Assembly (NCBI GenBank): GCA_038231435.1
Contig: JBBRLJ010000012.1
Span: forward strand, 46,690-110,689
DNA length: 64,000 bases
Direction of reading: 5' to 3'
Source: Planctomycetota bacterium
GTDB lineage: Bacteria > Planctomycetota > UBA11346
The notes under the pieces were generated by a model, which had not been told where the DNA came from, made no database searches, and worked only from the letters and a program-made list of their open reading frames with translations. Every line of letters begins with the position of its first letter. Position 1 is the first letter of the stretch. The translations under genes and the position numbers were made by a program. Of the stretch, positions 18,522-26,984 are shown piece after piece.

Positions 18522-19343
18522 TCACGGCTGTGACTCTTCGCAGCCGGTAGTCGACGACGGACGACGGACAACGGACGATGGACCATCCCCCGTTCTCGCC
18601 GTTCCTGCCCTGAACACGTCCTGGTCCTCTCCATGCCGCCCGGCTTCGAGCTTCATGAGCTTCTGGGCTGCTTCGCCCTTGTGCTCCATCACCCAGGCGT
18701 CGTAGCAGCGGATCTGCTCCTCGGCCGGGAGGTCTCCGGGCAGGTCGGCGGACAGCGCCTCGCCGCGCAGCGCGTAGACCGAGGCCGCCACCGAGACCGA
18801 GAGGTTGAGGCTCTGCGGGAAACCCGCCATCGGGATGAGGAAGTGGCCGTCGGCCTGGCTGCTGGCGGCTGCCGAGACACCTGCGGTCTCATTGCCGAAC
18901 ACCAATGCGAGCGGCTGGGCCGCCAGGCGCTCGCGCAGGTGCTCGGGGCCGATGGTGGCGCCGGCGGACAGGTCGGTGGCGAAGATCGCGTAGCCCAGCG
19001 CGCGCAGTTCGGCGTAGCACGAAGCGATATCGGGATGCACGTGCAGGTCGACGTAGTGGTGGCTGCCCTGGCTGACGCGGCGGTTGACCTTGAAGGCGTT
19101 GCGGCCGGTGGTGACGAAGACTCTGTGGACGCCGAAGGCATCGCAGGTGCGGATGATCGCGGTGGCGTTGTGCGGATCGTGGCAGTCCTCGACCACGATC
19201 GCGAGCCGCGCGGTGCGGCGCGCCAAGACCTGGCGGTATTTGCGCGCGCGCTCGGGGGTGAGGATGCGATCGATGGGATGCGCCGGGATCGGGCTGGGCA
19301 GATCCCCGCCGAAGGCCGCGCCGACCGAATCAGGTCCGCGCAC
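18522..19343 (-). CDS. trmH: tRNA/rRNA 2'-O-methyltransferase, SpoU/TrmH family
   Basis: GTG start at 19343. Motifs IVVEDCHDPHNATAIIRTCDAFG, LVFGNETAGVS and IPMAGFPQSLNLSVSVA. A long C-terminal tail runs through a heptamer array. Confidence 0.8.
   Translation of the reverse strand: MRGPDSVGAAFGGDLPSPIPAHPIDRILTPERARKYRQVLARRTARLAIVVEDCHDPHNATAIIRTCDAFGVHRVFVTTGRNAFKVNRRVSQGSHHYVDLHVHPDIASCYAELRALGYAIFATDLSAGATIGPEHLRERLAAQPLALVFGNETAGVSAAASSQADGHFLIPMAGFPQSLNLSVSVAASVYALRGEALSADLPGDLPAEEQIRCYDAWVMEHKGEAAQKLMKLEAGRHGEDQDVFRAGTARTGDGPSSVVRRPSSTTGCEESQP
18553..18587. repeat. heptamer array (GACGACG)-type, 5 units
   Basis: gacgacg gacgacg gacaacg gacgatg gaccatc. Confidence 0.8.
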
Positions 19344-19405
19344 GGCTGCTCCAGGTGTCGGTGTCCCACGGGAAGCGGTGCCGCGCGGGAGCGATCACCG
19401 ACGGC

Positions 19406-19714
19406 TCACTCACAGACGACCTTGCCGTCCTCGACGCGCACCTCGACGCGCTTGAGCGCATCGCCGTGGCAGGGGCCCGAGAAGCATTCGCCGGTGTCGG
19501 CCTTGAAGGCGGCGCCATGGAGCGAGCAGCGCAGCTCGTTCGGGCCGCTCTTGCATCGCCCATCTCCCCAATCGAGCCCGACGCCGACGTGGGGGCACGA
19601 GTTGCGGTAGGCATGGACGGTGCCCTGCTCGATCACCAGGATGACCTCGAAGCCGCTCGGGTGCTTCACGGTGATCTGATCGAAGTCCAACGACGGATGC
19701 AGCACGATGGCCAT
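19406..19714 (-). CDS. small Rieske [2Fe-2S] domain protein
   Basis: From the ATG at 19714 the product has CPHVG...CSLHGAAF (the CxH...CxxH Rieske motif). It is 102 aa. Confidence 0.75.
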   Translation of the reverse strand: MAIVLHPSLDFDQITVKHPSGFEVILVIEQGTVHAYRNSCPHVGVGLDWGDGRCKSGPNELRCSLHGAAFKADTGECFSGPCHGDALKRVEVRVEDGKVVCE

Positions 19715-19872
19715 GTCCGATGGTAGCGCCCGCGGGACGGCGTCGAGGCTGGCCCCGCTGCTGCCCGGCTGCTGCCCATCGGAGGGGCGCCTGTGGGAAC
19801 TGCTGCCATCGGAGCTTTGCAATCGTTCCAGCACCGCGATAAACGGCCTCCCCCATCGTGCCGAGGTACTCC

Positions 19873-20715
19873 ATGCGCTCATCTTCCATCTGCGCCGCAC
19901 TCACCGCATTCGCGCTGGCTACCGCCTGCAGTTCGCGCGACGCGGGTCTCAACCTGATGTCGCCGCAGGAGGAGAACACCATGGGCACGCAGGCCTACGC
20001 CGAGGCGAAGACCAAAGAGAAGCCCTGCGCCGATGCCGCCACCGTGGCCTTCGTGAACCGCGTCGCGCAGCGGCTCGAGAAGGTCGCGACCCCGATGGAA
20101 CCGAAGGGCGGCGATTTTGCGTGGGAGGTGTCGGTGTTCGAGTCCGACACGGTGAACGCCTGGTGCCTGCCCGGCGGCAAGATCGCGGTCTACACCGGCA
20201 TCCTGCCGTACGTCGAGAACGAGGCCGCCCTGGCCGCGGTGCTCGGGCACGAGATCACCCACGCGCTGAAGCGCCACGGCGGCCAGCGCATGACCGATAA
20301 CGCCATCGCCGGTGTCGTCGGCCAGGGGCTCGGCGCATTCCTGCAGGCCAAGGGCGTGAATCCGACCACCGGTAACGTGGCGATGGCGGCCTTCGGGGCC
20401 GGCGCGCAGATCGGCGTGATGCTGCCGTTCAGCCGCGGCCAGGAGACCGAAGCCGACGAGGTCGGCCTGCAGCTGATGGCGCGCGCCGGCTACGACCCCC
20501 AGGAGGCGGTGAAATTCTGGGACCGCTTCGCCAAGCTCGGCAACGGGGGCACGCCCGGATTCCTCAGCGACCATCCACAGTCCGCCGACCGTTCGGCGAA
20601 TCTGCAGAAGCATCTGCCCGAAGCGCAGCAGCTCTACCAGGCCGCGCCCGAGAAGCACGGTGCCGGCGAGCAGGTGCCGCCCGCTTTCCGCCAGATGAAG
20701 GCCCCAGCGAAGTGA
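19873..20715 (+). CDS. M48-family Zn metallopeptidase, secreted/lipoprotein-like
   Basis: Signal-like MRSSSICAALTAFALATAC, and HEITHAL (HExxH) with a downstream E (ETEADEVG). The track ORF starts at 19858. Confidence 0.8.
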   Translation: MRSSSICAALTAFALATACSSRDAGLNLMSPQEENTMGTQAYAEAKTKEKPCADAATVAFVNRVAQRLEKVATPMEPKGGDFAWEVSVFESDTVNAWCLPGGKIAVYTGILPYVENEAALAAVLGHEITHALKRHGGQRMTDNAIAGVVGQGLGAFLQAKGVNPTTGNVAMAAFGAGAQIGVMLPFSRGQETEADEVGLQLMARAGYDPQEAVKFWDRFAKLGNGGTPGFLSDHPQSADRSANLQKHLPEAQQLYQAAPEKHGAGEQVPPAFRQMKAPAK

Positions 20716-20754
20716 CGCGCTGGCCTGTCGGCCGCTGATCCTTGTCCGTCGTCG

Positions 20755-20796
20755 CTCTCCGCTCTCCGCTTTCTGCGTTGAGCTTTCCGCTCCGTG
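20755..20796. repeat. heptamer array (CTCTCCG/CTTTCCG)-type, ~6 units
   Basis: ctctccg ctctccg ctttctg cgttgag ctttccg ctccgtg, between convergent genes. Confidence 0.7.
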
Positions 20797-20799
20797 TCC

Positions 20800-21192
20800 T
20801 CAGTGCCCAGCGGGCGCAGGCACCGGCGCGGCCTTCGGCGCATCCACCTTCGCGTCCGTTCCCGGCTTGGCAGCGGCCCCCGGTGCCGTGGCGGACTTCG
20901 CGGCAGCGGACTCGGCCGCGTCGAGCTTGGCCAGGTACGTCGCGGGGTCCTTCTTGAAGTCGTCGATGCAGCCCTTGCAGCAGAAGCGCACCTCGCGTCC
21001 CTCGTGGTCGTAGACGACCGCGTCACCCATGTCGGCGCCGAGCTTGTCGCCCGAGACCACGCAGGTGTCGAGCGGATACGGCTTGGCGACCTTGGCGGGC
21101 GCAGGTTCGACCGGCGCCGGCTTCTCGACGGCGAGCAGGGGCAGGAACGAGGCGGCCGCGAACAGCGCGACGGCGAGCAGGGGGGTGCGCAT
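20800..21192 (-). CDS. small secreted Cys-motif protein (YHS/TRASH-like)
   Basis: Signal peptide MRTPLLAVALFAAASFLPLLA, the segment DTCVVSG...VRFCCKGCIDDFKKDPATY, and an Ala/Pro-rich tail. The functional call is weak. Confidence 0.5.
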   Translation of the reverse strand: MRTPLLAVALFAAASFLPLLAVEKPAPVEPAPAKVAKPYPLDTCVVSGDKLGADMGDAVVYDHEGREVRFCCKGCIDDFKKDPATYLAKLDAAESAAAKSATAPGAAAKPGTDAKVDAPKAAPVPAPAGH

Positions 21193-21344
21193 GATGTGGG
21201 CTCCAATAGGCGTGGCGGTCTACAGGAAAAGGTAGCCACGCGGGGCCTTGTTCCAGACCGGCATCGCGTCGATCGCGAGGAATACGGCGTAGAAGACGCC
21301 CCACAGTAGGTGGCTGGCCGCGCCCTCACGATAGGATCCATGCG

Positions 21345-22499
<1,155 letters not shown>

Positions 22500-22597
22500 C
22501 GGCAGTGGTCGTACTTAGATCATAGCAGTAATTGCGGCACCTCGATCGGAATCGGCGCCGCACACAGGCTCGGCGATCGACCCATTGGCACAGGCAC

Positions 22598-22635
22598 AAG
22601 ATAAGTTAAATCAATGTTTTATATTGTATTTAATG
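22598..22635. promoter_or_regulatory. strongly AT-rich island upstream of the 3D-domain gene
   Basis: aagataagttaaatcaatgttttatattgtatttaatg sits within otherwise GC-rich DNA, between dinB and the 3D-domain gene. Confidence 0.4.
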
Positions 22636-22788
22636 CGCGTTCTACGGCCCGTTGCCAATCGTCAATCTATCGGCATTTGTTCTCGTACCTGATGAAGAAC
22701 CGATATGGTCTTTGCCCCCGCGCCGTACGATCGGCGGCAAGGTCCCTGGAGGTGTCTCATCCGAGATTCAATCCGTTCGGTAGCCAGG

Positions 22789-23541
22789 ATGGTCGTCCTG
22801 GCGTTGCTCGCGGTCGCTCCCTTGGAGCGTCTCGGCGGGAGCCCGCCGGGAGCCGAGAATCGGACGTACCTGCTCAAGCCGACTCAGGACGATCCCGCCA
22901 GCGATCTGCCGATGTGGGATCCGAACATCCATAGCGACATCGCCCTCGAGCAGCCGCTGGCCGATCCGGCCATGCAACCATCGCCTCAATCGCTCCCATC
23001 GAATGGGCCGGCGTTATTGGCCGACCTGCTTCCCACGGTACCCGCGCCGATGCCGTCGTGGCTCGCCACCTGGGACGGCCGCTCGCCCGCTACCCATCCC
23101 TCCCTCGCGGCGGACCTGAGCAAGCAGTCGCCGGACGCCTACGCCGACTGGCTGCGCTCGATCCTTCCAGAGGGTTGCACGGTCCGCCGCCAGTGGGCCA
23201 TGGTCACCGCCTACTGCCCGTGCGCCATCTGCTGCGACGAGCGCACCGGCCGCACCGCCACGGGTCGGCGCACCGACATCCACCCGTACGGCGTCGCTTC
23301 CGACTTCAACCTGCTGCGCCGTGGCACCAAGCTGCACGTGCCCGGTTACCTCACCGAGTCCACTGTCGGCGGCATCTGGCCGGTCGACGACACCGGCGGC
23401 GCGCTGCGTCGCTCGCATGCCCGCGGCGTGCTGCACATCGACGTGCGCTTCGTCTCCCACGATTGGGCCGAACGCTGGGGCACCCGGAAGATGTGGATCT
23501 ACGTCGTCAGCGGGCCGGTACAGGTCAACGAGGCGCCCTGA
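22789..23541 (+). CDS. 3D-domain (MltA/RlpA-like double-psi barrel) cell-wall protein
   Basis: The C-terminal region MVTAYCPCAICCDERTGRTATGRRT...GTKLHVPGY...VDDTGGAL fits a 3D domain. The signal-like start MVVLALLAVAPL is at 22789. The track ORF begins at 22705, so the start is uncertain. Confidence 0.65.
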   Translation: MVVLALLAVAPLERLGGSPPGAENRTYLLKPTQDDPASDLPMWDPNIHSDIALEQPLADPAMQPSPQSLPSNGPALLADLLPTVPAPMPSWLATWDGRSPATHPSLAADLSKQSPDAYADWLRSILPEGCTVRRQWAMVTAYCPCAICCDERTGRTATGRRTDIHPYGVASDFNLLRRGTKLHVPGYLTESTVGGIWPVDDTGGALRRSHARGVLHIDVRFVSHDWAERWGTRKMWIYVVSGPVQVNEAP

Positions 23542-23578
23542 GCCCGGCTGTCAGCTGGACCCAGGGCGCCCAGCCGCT

Positions 23579-24007
23579 TCAGGTCCTTGGCAGCGAATCG
23601 GCGATCGGCGTGGTCGACAGGTAGGCGATGACTGCTGCGACGTAACACGACAGACCGCCGACCACCAGCAGCAGCTCCCAGACGAACCATGCGGTCTTGC
23701 GGTTGCGGTAGGCAATGATCGCCGCCAGCTCCTCGTGCGGATTCGCGCCGATGAACTGGGTCAGCCAGCGGATGCGCAGCGATCCGACCAACGCCGCGAC
23801 CACGCCCATCAGCACCAGCACCAGTCCGCAGATCATCGCCGCGCGAGCGAAGGCTCCGCTCACGGCGATCCTTGGCCCAGAGAAACCGGTGATGGTCAGG
23901 GTGAGGGTGGCGAGCGTCAGCAACAGCTGGGTGCGCGATTGGATCACCGCGAACTGGGCGCTGAGCGCCTTCATCGCCGACGTGGGCGAGCCATGGAGCT
24001 CGAGCAT
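23579..24007 (-). CDS. hypothetical membrane protein (~3 TM, 142 aa)
   Basis: From the ATG at 24007 the product reads MLELHGS... with three hydrophobic helices (LLLTLATLTLTITGF, MICGLVLVLMGVVAALVG, FVWELLLVVGGLSCYVAAVIAYL). I recognise no family. Confidence 0.45.
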   Translation of the reverse strand: MLELHGSPTSAMKALSAQFAVIQSRTQLLLTLATLTLTITGFSGPRIAVSGAFARAAMICGLVLVLMGVVAALVGSLRIRWLTQFIGANPHEELAAIIAYRNRKTAWFVWELLLVVGGLSCYVAAVIAYLSTTPIADSLPRT

Positions 24008-24122
24008 GTGGGCGGCTTCGTCGCTCGGTGGGTGGATGCGGTGCACGCCCGATGCTAGCCGGTGCCCGGGCCGCGGCCAAGCCCGCGTCTTGTCATCCGG
24101 CGGATGACGCAAACATGCGCGC

Positions 24123-26474
24123 ATGCAAAGTACCCGGCTCCTTCCGTTGGTCCCGATGCCGCGTTCGGTGGCCATGGGCGAGGGACGGTACGTGATCGGG
24201 GATGCGGCGTGGCGCACGCATCCGTACGCGCTCGCGCGCTCGTCGATCGCGCACAAGCTCGCCCAGCTCTCGGCAGAGCTGCAAGGTGACGAGAAGATCC
24301 CGGAATACTCGGTGCGGGTCGGGGAACCGGCGAGCGAGGCTCCGCTGGTTTCGCGTCGCGGCGGCTATGGGTTGGCGATCAGCGCGCGCGGCTTGTCATT
24401 GCGCGGAGCTGATGCCGACGGCCTGTTCTGGGGGCTGGTCACCTGCGAGCGGCTCCTACTCGAGAGCGGCGGCAAGAGCCTGCCCGAGCTGGTGATCAGC
24501 GACTGGCCCGAGATCGCCGTGCGCATCCACCACGACGACGTCTCGCGCAAGCAGGTATCGCGCCTGGCTGACTTCAAGCGCATCGTGCGCTTGCTGTCCT
24601 CCTTCAAGATCAGCCACTACACGCTCTACCTCGAGGACATGCTGCACCTGAAATCGTTTCCCGACATCGGCGAGGGCCGCGGCAAGCTGACGCCCGACGA
24701 GGTCGCCGCGATCGTCCGTGAGGGCGAGCTGCACAACGTCGAGGTGTTCCCGACCTTCCAGCTCATCGGCCATCAGGAGAACCTGCTGGCGCTGCCGAAA
24801 TACGCGCATCTCGGCCGCGCCGTGTTCCAGAGCATGAGCAGCCTCGACCCGGCCAAGCCCGAGGTGCGCGAGTTCCTGATCCGCGCGATCGACGACGTCT
24901 GCGCGCTGTTCCCGTCCAAGCTCTTCGGCATGGGCTTCGACGAGACCCAGGGCGTGGACCGGCAGACCTTCGTGGCCCACGCCAATTGGTGCGCCGAGCA
25001 GCTCGCCAAGCGCGGCAAGACTCCGCTGATGTGGGCCGACATGATCTACAACCATTTCGGCTGCGAGACGCTGCAGCTGCTGCATCCGTCGATCGTCCCG
25101 ATCAATTGGACCTACGAGCCGTCGCTGCCGGTGCCGCACCAGCGCGAGCTCGAAGCCCAGGGCCGTCCGGTGTGGGGCTACGCGGGCTACAACAACTGGT
25201 GTGCGTTCATGCCCGACTTCGAGCGCGCGAAGGACTACCTATCGACCTGGGCGAAGCAGCTCGAGGGCCGGTCCGACGCTGCGCTCGCCGCGTCGATGTG
25301 GGGCGACGACGGCTACGAGAACAGCCGCGACCTGTGCTGGAACCTGTTCGCCTACTTCGCCGAGGCGTCGTGGTCGGGACCGGATGCCGACCGAGCATCG
25401 TTCGAGCGGCGCTTCCAGCGCGCCTTCTACGGCGCCGAGCTGCCCGAGCTCGAGCACATGCTGGGTTCACTGGCCAGCCGCCTGTCGCATCCTCCGGGCT
25501 GGTACTGGCGGCTGCACCGCCGCAACGCCAACGCGCTCTTCAGGCTCGCCACCGCGGAGCCTGCGATCGCCGACCAGATGCGAGCCGACGAGCAGGTGCT
25601 CGAGGCCGCGCTGACATCGCTCGGCGCCTCCCGCGCCGCTGCGCGTCGCGAGGCCGAGCACCTCGATCACGTCGCGGTCGGGCTCGAGCGCCTGCTGTCG
25701 GTGACGAGGCGCATGGCCTTCGCGCATCGGCATCTCGCCAATGCTGACCCAGTCGCGCGCGCGCGCGACGGCATGGCGCTCGCCGACGAGCTCATCGCCG
25801 TGCGCGACCGTTACCGCGACGTCTGGCTGCGCCACAACAAGTCCGAGAACGTCGAGGTGTCGCTCGCGGTTTTCGATCGCGTCGCCGACAGCTTCCGCGC
25901 CCTCGCGGCATCGTCTGCGCGCATGGGTGACAACGCGACGTTCGCGCCGATGGATCTCGGCGAGCGCGCCGACACCTGCTTTCTGGACATCGCCGGGATC
26001 CCGATCGGGATCGGCGCAGCGCACGGCGTCCCATTCCGCTTTGCCGGCATCGACCGTACCCACGCCAAGCTCGCCGGCTCCAACAAGGTCGTGGGGCTCG
26101 GTTTCGAGCCCGCGTCCCTGCGCGATCTCCATCTCGTCGTCACGGCACCCAAGCCCGCTGACGAACAGCCCATGCCCGCACTGCGAGTGGAACTGTCCTT
26201 GCGCGGAAAGAGCGTGTTCAGCGAGGACCTGTCGCTGATCACCCACTTGTGCGATTGGTGGGCACCGATGGGCGAGCACATGTGGGCGGGCGGCGGTTAC
26301 ACATATGTCGACCGTTCACGTGTCACCTCGGCGTTCGCGCCCGACTCCTACTACGGACTGATGGACGTCCACGGTTTCGCCATCCCCGAGGGCGTGGTCG
26401 CGGACCGGCTCACACTCACGTCACTCATCGGTGCAGAGATCAACGTCTTCGCGGTGACCCTGGAAAGGCGCTGA
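24123..26474 (+). CDS. glycoside hydrolase family 20-like (beta-N-acetylhexosaminidase-like), 783 aa
   Basis: The N-terminal LVPMPRSVAMGEGRYVI resembles the GH20b start. DWPEIAVRIHHDDVSR and GMGFDE (a D-E catalytic pair) are also present. The long C-terminal region is unassigned. Confidence 0.6.
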   Translation: MQSTRLLPLVPMPRSVAMGEGRYVIGDAAWRTHPYALARSSIAHKLAQLSAELQGDEKIPEYSVRVGEPASEAPLVSRRGGYGLAISARGLSLRGADADGLFWGLVTCERLLLESGGKSLPELVISDWPEIAVRIHHDDVSRKQVSRLADFKRIVRLLSSFKISHYTLYLEDMLHLKSFPDIGEGRGKLTPDEVAAIVREGELHNVEVFPTFQLIGHQENLLALPKYAHLGRAVFQSMSSLDPAKPEVREFLIRAIDDVCALFPSKLFGMGFDETQGVDRQTFVAHANWCAEQLAKRGKTPLMWADMIYNHFGCETLQLLHPSIVPINWTYEPSLPVPHQRELEAQGRPVWGYAGYNNWCAFMPDFERAKDYLSTWAKQLEGRSDAALAASMWGDDGYENSRDLCWNLFAYFAEASWSGPDADRASFERRFQRAFYGAELPELEHMLGSLASRLSHPPGWYWRLHRRNANALFRLATAEPAIADQMRADEQVLEAALTSLGASRAAARREAEHLDHVAVGLERLLSVTRRMAFAHRHLANADPVARARDGMALADELIAVRDRYRDVWLRHNKSENVEVSLAVFDRVADSFRALAASSARMGDNATFAPMDLGERADTCFLDIAGIPIGIGAAHGVPFRFAGIDRTHAKLAGSNKVVGLGFEPASLRDLHLVVTAPKPADEQPMPALRVELSLRGKSVFSEDLSLITHLCDWWAPMGEHMWAGGGYTYVDRSRVTSAFAPDSYYGLMDVHGFAIPEGVVADRLTLTSLIGAEINVFAVTLERR

Positions 26475-26543
26475 CGCAAACGCACCGCGCATCCCCGCGT
26501 GATGTCCGGAGCCTGAACGATGGATCATGCCCTCCTCTCCATC

Positions 26544-26676
26544 TCGGGGGCCCCATCGCTGGCGATGGAGCGGGCGCCGAGGGGCGGTCGGCGGATACCA
26601 TCGGCGCAGCCGATCCGCCGACGATGTCGTAGCGCAGCGGAGACATCGAGCCCCGACAAAGCCCGTGGGGTAGGCC
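26544..26676 (+). repeat. structured intergenic repeat, family A, copy A1
   Basis: It contains hairpin CCATCGC-TG-GCGATGG, then GTCGGCGG-ATACC-ATCGGC-GCA-GCCGAT-CCGCCGAC (8 + 6 bp), then GATGTC-N13-GACATC. The 105-nt core 26572-26676 differs from A2 at 2 positions. Confidence 0.9.
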
Positions 26677-26677
26677 T

Positions 26678-26790
26678 TGGTGTTTCGGGGGCGTTGCCCC
26701 CGGACCCCACGGCCTTTGTCGTCCTTCTTTTTGTCCCTGCGGGCCAAAAAGTTTGCGTGATGGGCTACGCCCATTGTTCACGCAAACCAG
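26678..26790 (+). repeat. structured intergenic repeat, family B, copy B1
   Basis: GGGGGC-GTT-GCCCCC mini-hairpin, CCCCACGGCC, a T-rich stretch, then stem GTTTGCGTGA...TCACGCAAAC enclosing TGGGC-TAC-GCCCA. It matches the reverse complement of 16855-16964. Confidence 0.85.
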
Positions 26791-26839
26791 GACTCGGCGG
26801 CCGAGCGGCTGCGCCGCCTAAATCCGGAGCGCAGCGACC

Positions 26840-26944
26840 GGGCGCCGAGGGGCGGTCGGCGGATACCATCGGCGTAGCCGATCCGCCGACGATGTCGTAG
26901 CGCAGCGTAGACATCGAGCCCCGACAAAGCCCGTGGGGTAGGCC
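26840..26944 (+). repeat. structured intergenic repeat, family A, copy A2
   Basis: A 105-nt near-identical copy of A1, 268 nt downstream. The two differences fall in the triloop (GCA vs GTA) and in the loop of the third hairpin. Confidence 0.9.
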
Positions 26945-26984
26945 CACCGGGCCGTAGGGGCGAAGCCCCTGAATGAAACCAAGC

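Noticed and set aside
22500-22790. ydaO/c-di-AMP riboswitch call as a feature
   Set aside because: I could not find the conserved GGGGACCCA / GGGGUGAAUC / CCCGAAUCC blocks by eye. It is kept only as a testable idea in the findings.
26520-26900. ORFs inside the repeat region, e.g. 126 aa on the plus strand and MSTLRYDIVGGSA... on the minus strand
   Set aside because: They exist only because the repeat is open in several frames. The same peptides reappear at every copy, there is no start context, and the composition is low-complexity.
26544-26944. Possible CRISPR array (two near-identical repeats 268 nt apart)
   Set aside because: The repeat unit is ~105 nt, far longer than CRISPR repeats, and there are only two adjacent copies. 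The spacer is itself another repeat module (B1), and no cas genes are in the window.
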